Shown one piece after another: positions 20,913-32,483 of a stretch of DNA of 64,000 bases. A program made the translations under genes and the position numbers. The notes under the pieces are model-generated. The model had not been told where the DNA came from. It saw nothing but the letters and a program-made list of their open reading frames with translations, and ran no database searches. The stretch is from Pseudomonadota bacterium. Lineage in GTDB: Bacteria; Pseudomonadota; Alphaproteobacteria; Acetobacterales; Acetobacteraceae. Each line of letters starts with the position of its first letter. The first letter of the stretch is position 1. Location of the stretch: NCBI GenBank assembly GCA_021809435.1, contig JAKBAD010000002.1, forward strand, positions 260,042 to 324,041, read 5' to 3'.

Positions 20913-23456
20913 TCAGGTGTGCAGCGTGGCTTCCACGATATCGGGCTCATCGGGGATACGGGAGATGGCAAAGCCCAGCCGCTTGATGAAGGCCAGCATG
21001 GGGGCATTGTCGGCCAGAATCTGGCCGGTGATTTCCTTGACCCCCTGCGCCCGCCCCCACTCGATGATGGCGCGCATGAGCGCCGAGCCGATGCCCGAGC
21101 CCTTGCCCGCCGGCTCCACCGCGACGGCGAATTCGGCGGAGAGACCGTCTGTATCATCACGCACCAAACGGGCAACGCCCATGGTCTCCCCCGTCGAGTT
21201 GCGTACCGCGATCATCGCCATCTCGCGCACGTAATCCACATCCGTCAGGCGGGCAATTTGCTCGGGCGGCAGCTGGCGCATGGGCGAGAAGAAGCGGTAG
21301 CGCATGTCTTCGGGGGTGAAGCGCGTGAGCATGGCGGCGTGAGCATCGGCGTCTTCGGGGCGGATGGGGCGGATGGTGAAGCTTTGCCCCTTGGCGCCAT
21401 AGTGGCTGACCAGCTCAACCGGATAGGGCGAGATGATCATGGGCGGGCGGCTGGTGCCGGCGGGGCGCAGTTGAATACGCGCGCTGGCCGCCACCACGCC
21501 GTGCTCATTGGCGAAGATCGGGTCGAGATCGAGCATGGCGATGTCGGGCGTGTCGATGATGAGCTGGCTGACCCGCACCAGGGTTTTGGCGACATCGTCG
21601 AGCTTGGCCGCCGCCTGGCCGCGATGCGCGGCGAGCAGCGGGGCCACGCAGGAGCGCTTGATGAGCGCGTGGGCGAGGTTGAGGTTGAGGGGCGGCAATT
21701 CAGGCGTGAGGCCGATGACGCTCGCGCGGTCGCCGCCGCCGGGACCGAACCCGATGATCGGGCCCATGACCGGGTGGTCATTGACATGGATGCGCAAGGC
21801 CGTGCCGCGCGGCGCCTGGGTTTGCACCACGAATTCGGTGCCGACCCAGGGCAGCCCTTGCTCGGCCAGGCGGGTTTGAATGGCGCGCGCGGCCAGAATG
21901 ACGGCGTGCTGGTCATGCAGATCGAGCGCCACGGTGCCTTCCAGCCGGGTGGACGGCATGTCGGGGTGATAGAGCTTGATGACCGCGGGGAAGCCGAGCG
22001 CCAGGGCGGCTTCCCCGGCCTCTTCGGGGGTTTTGGCGTGGCGGGTCTGGATGACCGGGATATGATAGGCGTTGATGATCGCCAGCGCGTCATCTTGCAC
22101 CAGCGCCTCGTGGCCCATGGCGCGCGCCGCCTCGATGCGCCCGGCGACCGAGGCGGTGTTGGGGGAGATGGTGAGCACCTCTGAGTCCGGCAGTTCGCGC
22201 GCGGCGGCGCGGTTGCGGCGGTTGCGCAGCAAATGCCGGAACCCGGCGATGGCATGCTCGGGCATGTCGAAGCAGGCGAGCCGGGCCTGGCTCAGCCGGT
22301 GGCGGTGCTCAAGCCCCTGGGCCTCGCCCATGGCGGCGATGAGCAGCGGGATTTTGACGGTTTTGGCGCAGGCGATGAGGGCTTCGATGACGGCATGGTC
22401 GTCATCGCCCGTGGGGGCGTGGATGACCAATATGCCGCCAACCTCCGGCACGGGGGAGAGCAGAGCGGCGAGGTCGGCAAGGCGGGTGGGGGTTTCCTTA
22501 CCGGCGAAGATCGGCCCTTCCGGCGGCTCGCGCCCCAAGGTGAGCGCCAGCACGGCCTTGGTTTCGGGGCTGAGTTTGCTGAGCGTGATGCCGTTTTTGA
22601 GCGCCTCATCGGCAGCCAGCCGGCCAAGCGAGACCGAATTGGTGATGATGGCCAAGCTCTCGGCGCGGGCGGGCTTGACGCGCGTCAGTGTTTCGGCGGC
22701 GGCCAGAAACTCGGCGACACCGCCGGTGAGCAGCACGCCGGCGCGCGACATGGCGGCCTCCAGCGCCTCATAAGAGCCACCATGCTCATCGCGCAGGCGC
22801 ACGCCGGGGGCCACGGCGACCACCGGGCGCAGGCGCGCGGCGGCGCGGGCGGCGGAGAAAAAGGCTTTCGGATTCCGCAGCCGGTCGATCTCGAGCATGA
22901 TGGCGACCGTGTTGGGGTCGCGGCAGACATGGTCGAGCACCAGGCCGAAGCCGACATCGGCATTACCGCCAATGCCTATGAGATGGCTGAAGCCGACCCC
23001 ATTGGGCACCGCCCAATCGATGACCGTGCGCGCGATGGAAGAGGATTGACCGATGAGCGCCACGCGCCCCTTGCCCGGCACCGAGGCGAAGGGCGAAGCG
23101 TTGAGCCCGAGCGAGGGCACCACCAGCCCAAACGAGTGCGCGCCCAGCACACGCACCCCGGCCTCACGCGCCTGGGCGCGCAGGTCGGGACATTGTGAGA
23201 GCACGATGGCGCCGCGCGTGTTCAGGGCGGCGGCGCGCCTGAGCGCGGCGGGCACATCGGCGGGGGCATCGGCGATCAGGGTGAGGTCGGCGGCTTCGTG
23301 GGGCGCGTCATCGGTGCCAAGGGGGCCGCGAAACCCGCCGGCTTGCAAATTGGCGAGCAGCCTGGCGCCCAGCGCGGTGGCGCCGCCGCTGAGCATCAGG
23401 CTCTCGGGGTGCAGCAGCCGCGCGGGGTCGAAGCGCTTATATTTCGAGATGGCCAA
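20913..23456 (-). CDS. pat: Pat/YfiQ-type protein lysine acetyltransferase (acyl-CoA synthetase-like, ATP-grasp and C-terminal GNAT domains)
   Basis: GQSSSIAR, GGNADVGFG, IRPIRPED, EFAVAV, GQILADNAPML; TTG start with RBS GGAG. Confidence 0.85.
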   Translation of the reverse strand: MAISKYKRFDPARLLHPESLMLSGGATALGARLLANLQAGGFRGPLGTDDAPHEAADLTLIADAPADVPAALRRAAALNTRGAIVLSQCPDLRAQAREAGVRVLGAHSFGLVVPSLGLNASPFASVPGKGRVALIGQSSSIARTVIDWAVPNGVGFSHLIGIGGNADVGFGLVLDHVCRDPNTVAIMLEIDRLRNPKAFFSAARAAARLRPVVAVAPGVRLRDEHGGSYEALEAAMSRAGVLLTGGVAEFLAAAETLTRVKPARAESLAIITNSVSLGRLAADEALKNGITLSKLSPETKAVLALTLGREPPEGPIFAGKETPTRLADLAALLSPVPEVGGILVIHAPTGDDDHAVIEALIACAKTVKIPLLIAAMGEAQGLEHRHRLSQARLACFDMPEHAIAGFRHLLRNRRNRAAARELPDSEVLTISPNTASVAGRIEAARAMGHEALVQDDALAIINAYHIPVIQTRHAKTPEEAGEAALALGFPAVIKLYHPDMPSTRLEGTVALDLHDQHAVILAARAIQTRLAEQGLPWVGTEFVVQTQAPRGTALRIHVNDHPVMGPIIGFGPGGGDRASVIGLTPELPPLNLNLAHALIKRSCVAPLLAAHRGQAAAKLDDVAKTLVRVSQLIIDTPDIAMLDLDPIFANEHGVVAASARIQLRPAGTSRPPMIISPYPVELVSHYGAKGQSFTIRPIRPEDADAHAAMLTRFTPEDMRYRFFSPMRQLPPEQIARLTDVDYVREMAMIAVRNSTGETMGVARLVRDDTDGLSAEFAVAVEPAGKGSGIGSALMRAIIEWGRAQGVKEITGQILADNAPMLAFIKRLGFAISRIPDEPDIVEATLHT

Positions 23457-23699
23457 GGTTGGTCTCCGACAGCATATGGTTTTGGATTGAGCCGCGAAGC
23501 TCAATTCAGAACCATACATCTTGCGATGCCACGCACCTCGTGATGCCTTATGCTCCCCGGAGCGGCGGCGCGGCGGGGCCAAAACCGGCGGCCCTGGGGG
23601 TGCGCTCCACACCTATCCCCGATATACACTGGCCGGCGGGGGGATTGCCAACCTCCCGACGCTGGTTCTGGATAAATTCTGTTTCTAAGATTGAAGACG

Positions 23700-25181
23700 A
23701 TGAACGCGATTGACACCCCAGCGCCGCTGGCGCCCCGCCTGCCGCCCAGCAACCTCGCCGCCGAGCAGGCGCTGCTGGGCGCGCTGTTGGCCAACAACAA
23801 AGCCTATGAGCGGGTTTCGGAATTTCTGGCGGCCGAGCATTTCGCCCACCCCGTGCATGGGCGGATTTATGACGCCATCGCCCGGCGCTGCGAAGCCGGG
23901 CAGATCGCCGACCCGGTGACATTACGCGCCGAATTTGAGCATTCCGGCGCACTGGCCGAGGTGGGCGGCATGGCCTATCTGGCGCAGCTGCTGTCGGCCA
24001 TGGTCGGCATCATCAATGCCGGCGATTACGGGCGGGTGGTGCGCGATGCCTGGCTGCGCCGCCAGCTGGTCGATATTGGCGAGACGGTGGTGAACCGCGC
24101 CTATGGCGCCGAGCCGGGGTTGGATGGCTCGGACCAGATCGAGGCCGCCGAACAGGCTTTGTTTGAGCTGGCCACCCATGGCGACCAGGAAGGCCAGGCG
24201 CTGACGCTGCGCAAGGCGCTCAGCATCGCCATCGACCTGGCCTCGAAGGCGTTTCACAATCAGGGGTCGGTCTCGGGGCTCGATACGGGGCTGCGCGATT
24301 TGAACAAGCGCACCGGCGGCTTGCACCCGTCCGACCTCATCATTCTGGCCGGGCGGCCGGGCATGGGCAAAACCGCGCTGGCCACCAAGGTTGCCTTCGG
24401 CGCCGCCCGCTCAATGCTGGCCAGCGCGCGCGCCGACAACCCCAACGCCCTGGCCAAGGAGTGCGTGGCGATTTTTTCGCTGGAAATGAGCGCCGACCAG
24501 CTGGCCACGCGCTTGCTGGCCGAGGAGGCGCGGATTTCGGGCGACAAGATCAGGCGTGGCGAGATCGCGACCCGCGATTTCGACAATTTCGTGAAGGTCA
24601 GCCGCGAGATTTCCGATATTCCCCTGGTCATCGACGACACCCCCGCCATCACCCTCTCGGCGCTGCGCACGCGCTGCCGGCGGCTCAAGCGCACCCAGGG
24701 TCTGGGGCTAGTGGTGGTGGATTATTTGCAGCTCATGCGCCCCGCCGCCGGCACGCGCCCCGAATCGCGCGTGCTGGAAATCAGCCAGATCACCCAGGGG
24801 CTCAAAGCCATCGCCAAGGAGCTGGCGGTGCCGGTCATCGCGCTCTCGCAGCTCTCACGCTCCGTCGAGAGCCGTGACGACAAGCGGCCCCAGCTCTCGG
24901 ATCTGCGTGAATCAGGCTCGATCGAGCAAGACGCCGACATGGTGATGTTCGTTTACCGCGACGAATATTACCTCCAGCAGCGCGAGCCCAAGATCACCAG
25001 CTTCGACCGGGATGACAAATACCAGGAGGCGATGGAGAAATGGAAAGCGGATATGCAGACCGTCTACCAGAAGGCCGAGCTGATCATCGCCAAGCAGCGT
25101 CACGGGCCGACCGGCAAGATCGATTTGTTCTTCGAGGGCGAGTTCACGCGCTTCGCGGACCTCGACACGCTGCACGAATAG
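23700..25181 (+). CDS. dnaB: Replicative DNA helicase
   Basis: AEQALLGALL, AGRPGMGKT, FSLEMS, VVDYLQL, LSQLSR, SDLRESGSIEQDAD, AKQRHGP. Confidence 0.97.
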   Translation: MNAIDTPAPLAPRLPPSNLAAEQALLGALLANNKAYERVSEFLAAEHFAHPVHGRIYDAIARRCEAGQIADPVTLRAEFEHSGALAEVGGMAYLAQLLSAMVGIINAGDYGRVVRDAWLRRQLVDIGETVVNRAYGAEPGLDGSDQIEAAEQALFELATHGDQEGQALTLRKALSIAIDLASKAFHNQGSVSGLDTGLRDLNKRTGGLHPSDLIILAGRPGMGKTALATKVAFGAARSMLASARADNPNALAKECVAIFSLEMSADQLATRLLAEEARISGDKIRRGEIATRDFDNFVKVSREISDIPLVIDDTPAITLSALRTRCRRLKRTQGLGLVVVDYLQLMRPAAGTRPESRVLEISQITQGLKAIAKELAVPVIALSQLSRSVESRDDKRPQLSDLRESGSIEQDADMVMFVYRDEYYLQQREPKITSFDRDDKYQEAMEKWKADMQTVYQKAELIIAKQRHGPTGKIDLFFEGEFTRFADLDTLHE

Positions 25182-25197
25182 CGCCAAAAGCCGCAAC

Positions 25198-26268
25198 GTG
25201 ACCGGATTTCTCGATATTGATCTTGGCGCGGTTGTGGCCAACTGGCGCCATTTGAGTGGGCTGCATGCGGGCGAAACGGCCGCGGTGGTCAAGGCGGATG
25301 CTTACGGGCTGGGCATGCTGCCGGTGGCGCGGGCGCTGGCGGGCGCGGGATGCGCGAGCTTTTTCACCGCCCATCTCGAAGAGGCGGTGGCCTTGCGCGC
25401 GGCCCTGCCCGAGGCGCGGATCATGGCGCTGAACGGGATGCTGCCCCACGCCGCCGCCGATTTTGTGGCCCACGACATTACCCCGGTGCTGTGCAGCCTG
25501 AAGGAAATCGCCCTGTGGAGCGCGGAAGCCAAGGGGCTGGGTCGGGCGCTGCCTTGTTTCCTGCATATTGAGACCGGCATGAACCGCCTGGCTTTGCCCC
25601 CGGCCGAGCTGGCGGTTTTGCGCGCCGAGCCCGAGCGGCTGACGGGCGTGCAGGTGGAGGTGGTGATGAGCCATCTGGCGGCCTCGGATATGCCGGAGGA
25701 TCGCCAAAATGAGCAGCAGGCGCTGAAATTCTATGCCGCGGCCTTGCAGTTTCCCCACGCCAAAAAAAGCTTGGCCAATTCGTCGGGCATGTTTCTCTCG
25801 CCCTTCTTTCACACCAATTTGGCCCGGCCCGGCGCCGCGCTATATGGCATGAACCCCACGCCCGGGCGTAAAAACCCCATGAAGCCGGTGGTGCGGCTGA
25901 CCGCGCCGGTCTTGCAGATCAGGGATTTGGCGGCGGGCGAGACGGTGGGGTATGCGGGCACCTGGAAGGCCGAGCGGCCGAGCCGGGTGGCCACCATCGG
26001 GGTTGGCTACGCCGACGGCTATATGCGCGCGCTGACCAACCGTGGTCATGCCTGGTTCGAGGGGCGGCGCGTGCCGCTGATCGGGCGGGTGTCGATGGAT
26101 CTCGCCACGTTCGATGTCACCGACACACCGATCAACCCCGGCGACGCGCTGGTGCTGCTGGGGCCTGAACATGGGGTGGATGAGCTGGCCGTGGAGGCCC
26201 GGACCATCGGGTATGAAATTCTCACTTCGCTGGGGCGGCGCTATAAGCGCCGGTATATAGGCGCATGA
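25198..26268 (+). CDS. alr: Alanine racemase
   Basis: AVVKADAYG (PLP lysine), TGMNRLA, VGYADG, GRVSMD, TIGYE. Confidence 0.96.
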   Translation: MTGFLDIDLGAVVANWRHLSGLHAGETAAVVKADAYGLGMLPVARALAGAGCASFFTAHLEEAVALRAALPEARIMALNGMLPHAAADFVAHDITPVLCSLKEIALWSAEAKGLGRALPCFLHIETGMNRLALPPAELAVLRAEPERLTGVQVEVVMSHLAASDMPEDRQNEQQALKFYAAALQFPHAKKSLANSSGMFLSPFFHTNLARPGAALYGMNPTPGRKNPMKPVVRLTAPVLQIRDLAAGETVGYAGTWKAERPSRVATIGVGYADGYMRALTNRGHAWFEGRRVPLIGRVSMDLATFDVTDTPINPGDALVLLGPEHGVDELAVEARTIGYEILTSLGRRYKRRYIGA

Positions 26269-27050
26269 ACCGGCTTTTGGGGCTGATCGAGGCGCTGGGC
26301 GCCGTGGTGCTGGGGGTGATTGAGTTCACCGGCGAACTGGCGATTTTCGCGGTCTCGGGCGTGCTCTATATTTTCCGCCCGCCTTATTACCCGCGCCTCA
26401 TCGGCCGGGCATTCATGGAAATCGGTTATTTCTCCCTGCCGGTGGTGGCGTTGACCGCCTTGTTCACCGGCATGGTGCTGGCGCTGCAATCCTACACCGG
26501 CTTCTCGCGCTTTGGCGCCGAGAGCGCCATCGCCTCGGTGGTGGTGCTGTCGGTCACGCGTGAACTGGGGCCGGTGCTGGCCGGGCTGATGGTGGCTGGG
26601 CGCGCGGGCGCGGCCATGGCGGCCGAGCTTGGCACCATGCGCGTCACCGACCAGATCGACGCGCTCTCCACCCTTTCCACCCAGCCCATGGGCTATTTGG
26701 TCGCCCCCCGGCTGCTCGCCGCCACCATCGCCCTGCCGCTGCTGGTGGTGCTGGCCGATATTCTAGGCGTGATGGGCGGGTTTTTGGTGGCCACCCAGAA
26801 GCTCGGCTTCTCCTCGGGGGCCTATCTGGTTTCGACCTTCACCAACCTGAAGTCGGAAGACGTGATGTCGGGGCTGATCAAGGCGGCGGTGTTCGGGTTT
26901 GTCATCGCGCTGATGGGCTGCTTCAACGGCTACCGCTCCAAGGGCGGTGCCGAGGGCGTGGGCACGGCCACCACCTCGGCGGTGGTGTCGGCCTCCATCC
27001 TCATTTTGGCGCTCGATTATATTCTCACCCAGGTCTTGTTCGTAAAATGA
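26265..27050 (+). CDS. mlaE: MlaE family ABC permease
   Basis: RELGPVLAGLMVAGR, AELGTMRVTDQIDAL. Confidence 0.93.
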   Translation: MNRLLGLIEALGAVVLGVIEFTGELAIFAVSGVLYIFRPPYYPRLIGRAFMEIGYFSLPVVALTALFTGMVLALQSYTGFSRFGAESAIASVVVLSVTRELGPVLAGLMVAGRAGAAMAAELGTMRVTDQIDALSTLSTQPMGYLVAPRLLAATIALPLLVVLADILGVMGGFLVATQKLGFSSGAYLVSTFTNLKSEDVMSGLIKAAVFGFVIALMGCFNGYRSKGGAEGVGTATTSAVVSASILILALDYILTQVLFVK

Positions 27051-27820
27051 GCGCCACCCCTAAAATCCGCATCCGGGGCCTCAAGAAACGCTTTGGCGCC
27101 AAACAGGTGCTCGATGGCGTGGATCTGGACGTGGCCAAGGGCACGGGCATGGTGGTGATCGGCGGTTCAGGCACGGGCAAATCGGTGCTGATCAAGTCGA
27201 TCTTGGGTCTGGTGACGCCCGATGAGGGGGTGATTGAAATCGACGGCGAGGATGTGCTGCGCGCGCCCAAGCGCCGGGCGCGCGAGCTGCGCGCCCAGAT
27301 CGGCATGCTGTTTCAAAACGGCGCCTTGTTCGATTCGATGAAGGTTTGGGAGAATGTGTGTTTCGGCCTGCTGGCCCAAAACCGCGTGACCCGCCGACAG
27401 GCGCGCGACAAGGCGGTGGAGATTCTGGCCCAGGTGGGGCTGGATGCCAGTGTCGCCGGGCTCTCGCCCTCCGAGCTTTCAGGCGGCATGCAAAAGCGCG
27501 TGGGGCTGGCGCGCGCCATTGCCGCGGAGCCGGCGATCATGTTTTTCGACGAGCCGACCACCGGGCTCGACCCGATCATGGGCGCGGTGATCGATGAGCT
27601 GATCGTCGATTGCGTGAAGCGGCTGGGCAGTACCTCGATCGCCATCACCCATGACATGGCGAGCGCCCAGCGGATCGGCGATGCCGCCGCCATGCTCTAT
27701 CAGGGCAAGGTCTCGTGGACCGGCCCGGCCGCCGAGCTGCTGACCACCACCGACCCGGTGGTGGACCAGTTCACCCATGGCCGCGCCCATGGGCCAATTA
27801 CCATGGCGCTGCGCAAATAG
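27047..27820 (+). CDS. mlaF: MlaF-like ABC ATP-binding protein
   Basis: GGSGTGKS, LFQNGALFDS, LSGGMQKRVGLARA, DEPTTGLDP. Confidence 0.92.
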   Translation: MSATPKIRIRGLKKRFGAKQVLDGVDLDVAKGTGMVVIGGSGTGKSVLIKSILGLVTPDEGVIEIDGEDVLRAPKRRARELRAQIGMLFQNGALFDSMKVWENVCFGLLAQNRVTRRQARDKAVEILAQVGLDASVAGLSPSELSGGMQKRVGLARAIAAEPAIMFFDEPTTGLDPIMGAVIDELIVDCVKRLGSTSIAITHDMASAQRIGDAAAMLYQGKVSWTGPAAELLTTTDPVVDQFTHGRAHGPITMALRK

Positions 27821-27942
27821 GGCCTGACTTGACCCGAGCGCCACAGCGCTTGGCAGGACTCGCGCGCATACCGTAGATTTGGGCGAATCATGCGGTTTTG
27901 CGGGCGGGGGCGGTTGCCTCCGGCGCCTACAGGAGTCCGAGG

Positions 27943-28758
27943 ATGAATCAGATGAGTCCGGCCGCCGCTCTGGCCGGATTGCCGGTGACGCCGCGCCTGC
28001 CGGCTTTGTTTATCGGCCATGGCTCGCCCATGAACGCGATTACCGACACGCCCTATAGCCGCGCCTGGCGGCTGCTAGGCGAGAGCCTGCCACGCCCGCG
28101 GGCGATTTTGTGCGTCTCGGCACATTGGGCAACCCAGGGGAGCACGCTGGTCGATATTGCCGCGCGCCCGCCCACCATCCATGATTTCGGCGGTTTTCCG
28201 CAGCGTCTGTTTGAGCAGATTTATCCAGCCTCGGGCGCGCCCGACTATGCCCGCGCGGCGATGGGGCTGGTGCGCTCGACGCGGCTGGAGGGAGACCGCA
28301 ACTGGGGGTTCGACCATGGCAGCTGGGGCGTGCTGCTGCAAATGTTCCCCCATGCCGATGTGCCGCTATTCCAGATGTCGCTTGATCTGGCGAAATCACC
28401 GCAGGCGCATTTCCGGCTGGCGCAGGAATTGCGGCCGCTGCGCGAGCGGGGGCTGCTGATCGTGGCGAGCGGGAATTTGGTGCATAATTTATACGCCATG
28501 ACTCAAAGCGGCCAGGCTCACCCTTGGGCGGTGGAGTTTGACGCCAGGGCGGCCGAACATATTCGCGCGCGCGACATTGCCCGGCTGGTGCAGCTGGGCA
28601 CCCAGGGGCCGCTGGCGCAGATGGCCAACCCGACGCTCGAGCATTTTCTGCCCGTGCTATATGCGCTGGGTGCCGCCGACCCCAAGGATGAGCTGACATT
28701 TTTCAATGAGGGGATCGATCTGGCGGCGATCTCGATGCGCTCGTTCGTGCTGGCCTGA
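27943..28758 (+). CDS. ygiD: 4,5-DOPA dioxygenase extradiol (LigB/YgiD family)
   Basis: FIGHGSPMN, SAHW, TIHDFGGFP, FDHG, SGNLVHNL, PTLEHFLP. Confidence 0.9.
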   Translation: MNQMSPAAALAGLPVTPRLPALFIGHGSPMNAITDTPYSRAWRLLGESLPRPRAILCVSAHWATQGSTLVDIAARPPTIHDFGGFPQRLFEQIYPASGAPDYARAAMGLVRSTRLEGDRNWGFDHGSWGVLLQMFPHADVPLFQMSLDLAKSPQAHFRLAQELRPLRERGLLIVASGNLVHNLYAMTQSGQAHPWAVEFDARAAEHIRARDIARLVQLGTQGPLAQMANPTLEHFLPVLYALGAADPKDELTFFNEGIDLAAISMRSFVLA

Positions 28759-28870
28759 AACACCCGAAACAGGATCAAAAGTTTTTTTGGGGCCTGGCCC
28801 TTTTTTTCAAAAAACGGCCAGACTCTTGCAAGGCCTCATTCCCTCCAAACTCCCCCCAAGCCCCCCAACA

Positions 28871-28897
28871 AAAAACCCCGGCCTGCGCCGGGGTTTT
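28871..28897 (-). terminator. groEL terminator (likely bidirectional)
   Basis: AAAACCCCGG-cctgcg-CCGGGGTTTT. Confidence 0.8.
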
Positions 28898-28914
28898 CCT
28901 TGTTCTGGCCTCAA

Positions 28915-29034
28915 ACTTCAGCTCAGCCGGGCTGCACCCGGCTTCGCCTCCGTCATCGCAAGAGCTTGTTTGGCCATGCGATTCAGACTTCAGCTCAGCC
29001 GGGCGACACCCGGCTTCGCCTCCGTCATCGCAAG
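28915..29034. repeat. Two 48-bp direct repeats (46/48 identical, period 72) in the groEL 3' UTR
   Basis: 28915-28962 and 28987-29034, each with an AGCCGGG/CCCGGCT hairpin. Confidence 0.9.
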
Positions 29035-29042
29035 GCAGGACC

Positions 29043-30704
<1,662 letters not shown>

Positions 30705-30778
30705 TCAGATAATTAGGTTGAGCGTCCCGGGGCCTCGGCGGCTCACAGCCGCCATGCCGGCGCGGGGCGCATGAAAAT

Positions 30779-31072
30779 TCAGGCGGTGATGATGCCCAGA
30801 ATGTCGGACTCTTTCATGATCAGCAGGTCTTCGCCGCCAATCTTGACTTCCGTGCCCGACCATTTGCCAAACAGCACGCGGTCGCCGGCCTTCACCTCCA
30901 GCGCCACCAGCGCGCCGGCCTCATTGCGGGCACCGGGGCCAGCGGCGACAATCTCGCCTTCCTGCGGCTTTTCCTTGGCGGTGTCAGGGATGATGATGCC
31001 ACCCGCGGTCTTTTCCTCGGCAGTGATGCGGCGGACGACAACGCGGTCGTGCAGAGGGCGGAAATTCGCCAT
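30779..31072 (-). CDS. groS: Co-chaperonin GroES
   Basis: [26 protein letters not shown]. Confidence 0.99.
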   Translation of the reverse strand: MANFRPLHDRVVVRRITAEEKTAGGIIIPDTAKEKPQEGEIVAAGPGARNEAGALVALEVKAGDRVLFGKWSGTEVKIGGEDLLIMKESDILGIITA

Positions 31073-31146
31073 GGTGATCGCTCCTAAACGTTTACAGTCT
31101 TAAAAGCTTCCCAGCCCGTCCGGCCCAGATAGCGGCACCGCGGCTG

Positions 31147-31203
31147 TTAGCACTCCCCTTCAGAGAGTGCCAGCGACATAGCTTCCCCCGCCCCGCATGT
31201 CAA
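31147..31203 (-). promoter_or_regulatory. CIRCE (HrcA operator, 31147-31173) and groES promoter
   Basis: TTAGCACTC-N9-GAGTGCCAG; on the minus strand TTGACA (31203-31198)-N17-TATGTC. Confidence 0.88.
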
Positions 31204-31258
31204 GATTTCACTGCCCCCAGCCTTCCGCTCCGCCCCCCAAACCGCCTAAACTGCCCTC

Positions 31259-31717
31259 ATGGCCGTTCCCTCTCCCCTCGAAGCCGCGCTCGACACCGCC
31301 GCCCTCCAATGCCTGGCGCGCGGCGCGCAGCTCACCTCGCTCCGCCGCGAGGTGCTGGCACTGATCCTGCAAAGCCCCACCCCACTCACCGCCTACCAGC
31401 TGCTCAACCAGCTCCGCCAGCACCGCCAAAGCGCCGTCCCGCCCACCATCTACCGCGCGCTCGACTTCCTGCTCGGCCACCACCTCATTCACCGAATCGA
31501 GCGGCTGAACGCCTTCGTGCCCTGCGCCGAACACGCGCACGACCATACCGACGCGCAATTCCTCATCTGCCGCGCCTGCGGCTCGGTCACTGAAATCGAG
31601 GATGACGCGATCACTCAGGCCCTCACCCAGGCCGCCCGCGCGCGCGGCTTCCAACCCGGCCGCGCCATCATCGAACTCGACGGCCTATGCGCCGCCTGCG
31701 CCCTCAACCCCGCCTGA
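31259..31717 (+). CDS. zur: Fur-family regulator, Zur-like
   Basis: AYQLL, PPTIYRALDFL, HRIERLNAFVPC, ICRACG and CAAC. Confidence 0.85.
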   Translation: MAVPSPLEAALDTAALQCLARGAQLTSLRREVLALILQSPTPLTAYQLLNQLRQHRQSAVPPTIYRALDFLLGHHLIHRIERLNAFVPCAEHAHDHTDAQFLICRACGSVTEIEDDAITQALTQAARARGFQPGRAIIELDGLCAACALNPA

Positions 31718-32483
31718 ACGCCCGCGCCACCACATAGGCCAGCGCCGCCAAGGCACCGACAAAAAACCCCACCGGCCAGCCGCTTTCATAAGCCGCCGCC
31801 ATGCTCCCCCAGCCAATGCCCAGGGCCAGCGCCACGCTCACCCCCAGCGCCACCCCTGGCTGGCGAGCCAGCAAACAGGCCGCCGCCCCCGGTCCAGCCA
31901 TCAGGCTAAAGGCCAGCAGCACACCCGTCACCGGCAAACACAGCGCGGCGGTCAGCGCCAGAATCAGCAAAAACACCGCGTCCATCAGCCCACGCCTGCC
32001 GCCACCCAGCCCAAACAGCTCCGGGGCCAGCGCGCTCAAGGTCAATGGCCGGGCCAGGGCCAGCAATAATAGCGGCACGCCCGCCCCCATCCCCAGCGCG
32101 GCCCAGAGCTCCCGGCGCCCCACGGCAAATACCTGCCCAAACAGCAGCCCCTCGACATGGTTGCCATAAGCGCCCGAAAGGCTGAGCAACAAGGCGCCCA
32201 ACGCCATCATCGCGCCCAGCACCAGGGCGGTGGCGGCATCCTGGCGCGCCCCCCGGTGCAGCCCGGCCAAAATCAGCGCCCCCAGCACGGCAAACCCGGC
32301 CAACCCGGCATAGGCGCTCACCCCTGTCAGCGCGGCAAACGCCGCGCCCGGAAACGCCGCCATCGGCAACGCATGGGCGGCAAACCCCGCGCCGCGCAAC
32401 GCCACAAAATACCCCACCATGCCGGCCGCCAAGGCCACCAGCGTCACCACCGCCCAGGGCTCGCGCATGAACGGCTCAAACAT
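31704..32483 (-). CDS. Metal ABC transporter permease
   Basis: AHALPMAAFPG, LLFGQVFAV; hydrophobic; overlaps the upstream permease. Confidence 0.85.
   Translation of the reverse strand: MFEPFMREPWAVVTLVALAAGMVGYFVALRGAGFAAHALPMAAFPGAAFAALTGVSAYAGLAGFAVLGALILAGLHRGARQDAATALVLGAMMALGALLLSLSGAYGNHVEGLLFGQVFAVGRRELWAALGMGAGVPLLLLALARPLTLSALAPELFGLGGGRRGLMDAVFLLILALTAALCLPVTGVLLAFSLMAGPGAAACLLARQPGVALGVSVALALGIGWGSMAAAYESGWPVGFFVGALAALAYVVARAFRRG

Noticed and set aside
20913-23456. Pseudogenised acetate-CoA ligase
   Set aside because: The ORF is intact; a shortened, degenerate synthetase-like region with a C-terminal GNAT is normal for Pat acetyltransferases
26265-27820. Incomplete Mla system (no mlaD)
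   Set aside because: dnaB-alr-mlaE-mlaF with the other mla genes elsewhere is a common alphaproteobacterial arrangement
28915-29034. Mini-CRISPR after groEL
   Set aside because: Only two 48-bp repeats; the 24-bp spacer resembles the downstream flank, indicating a tandem duplication; no cas genes
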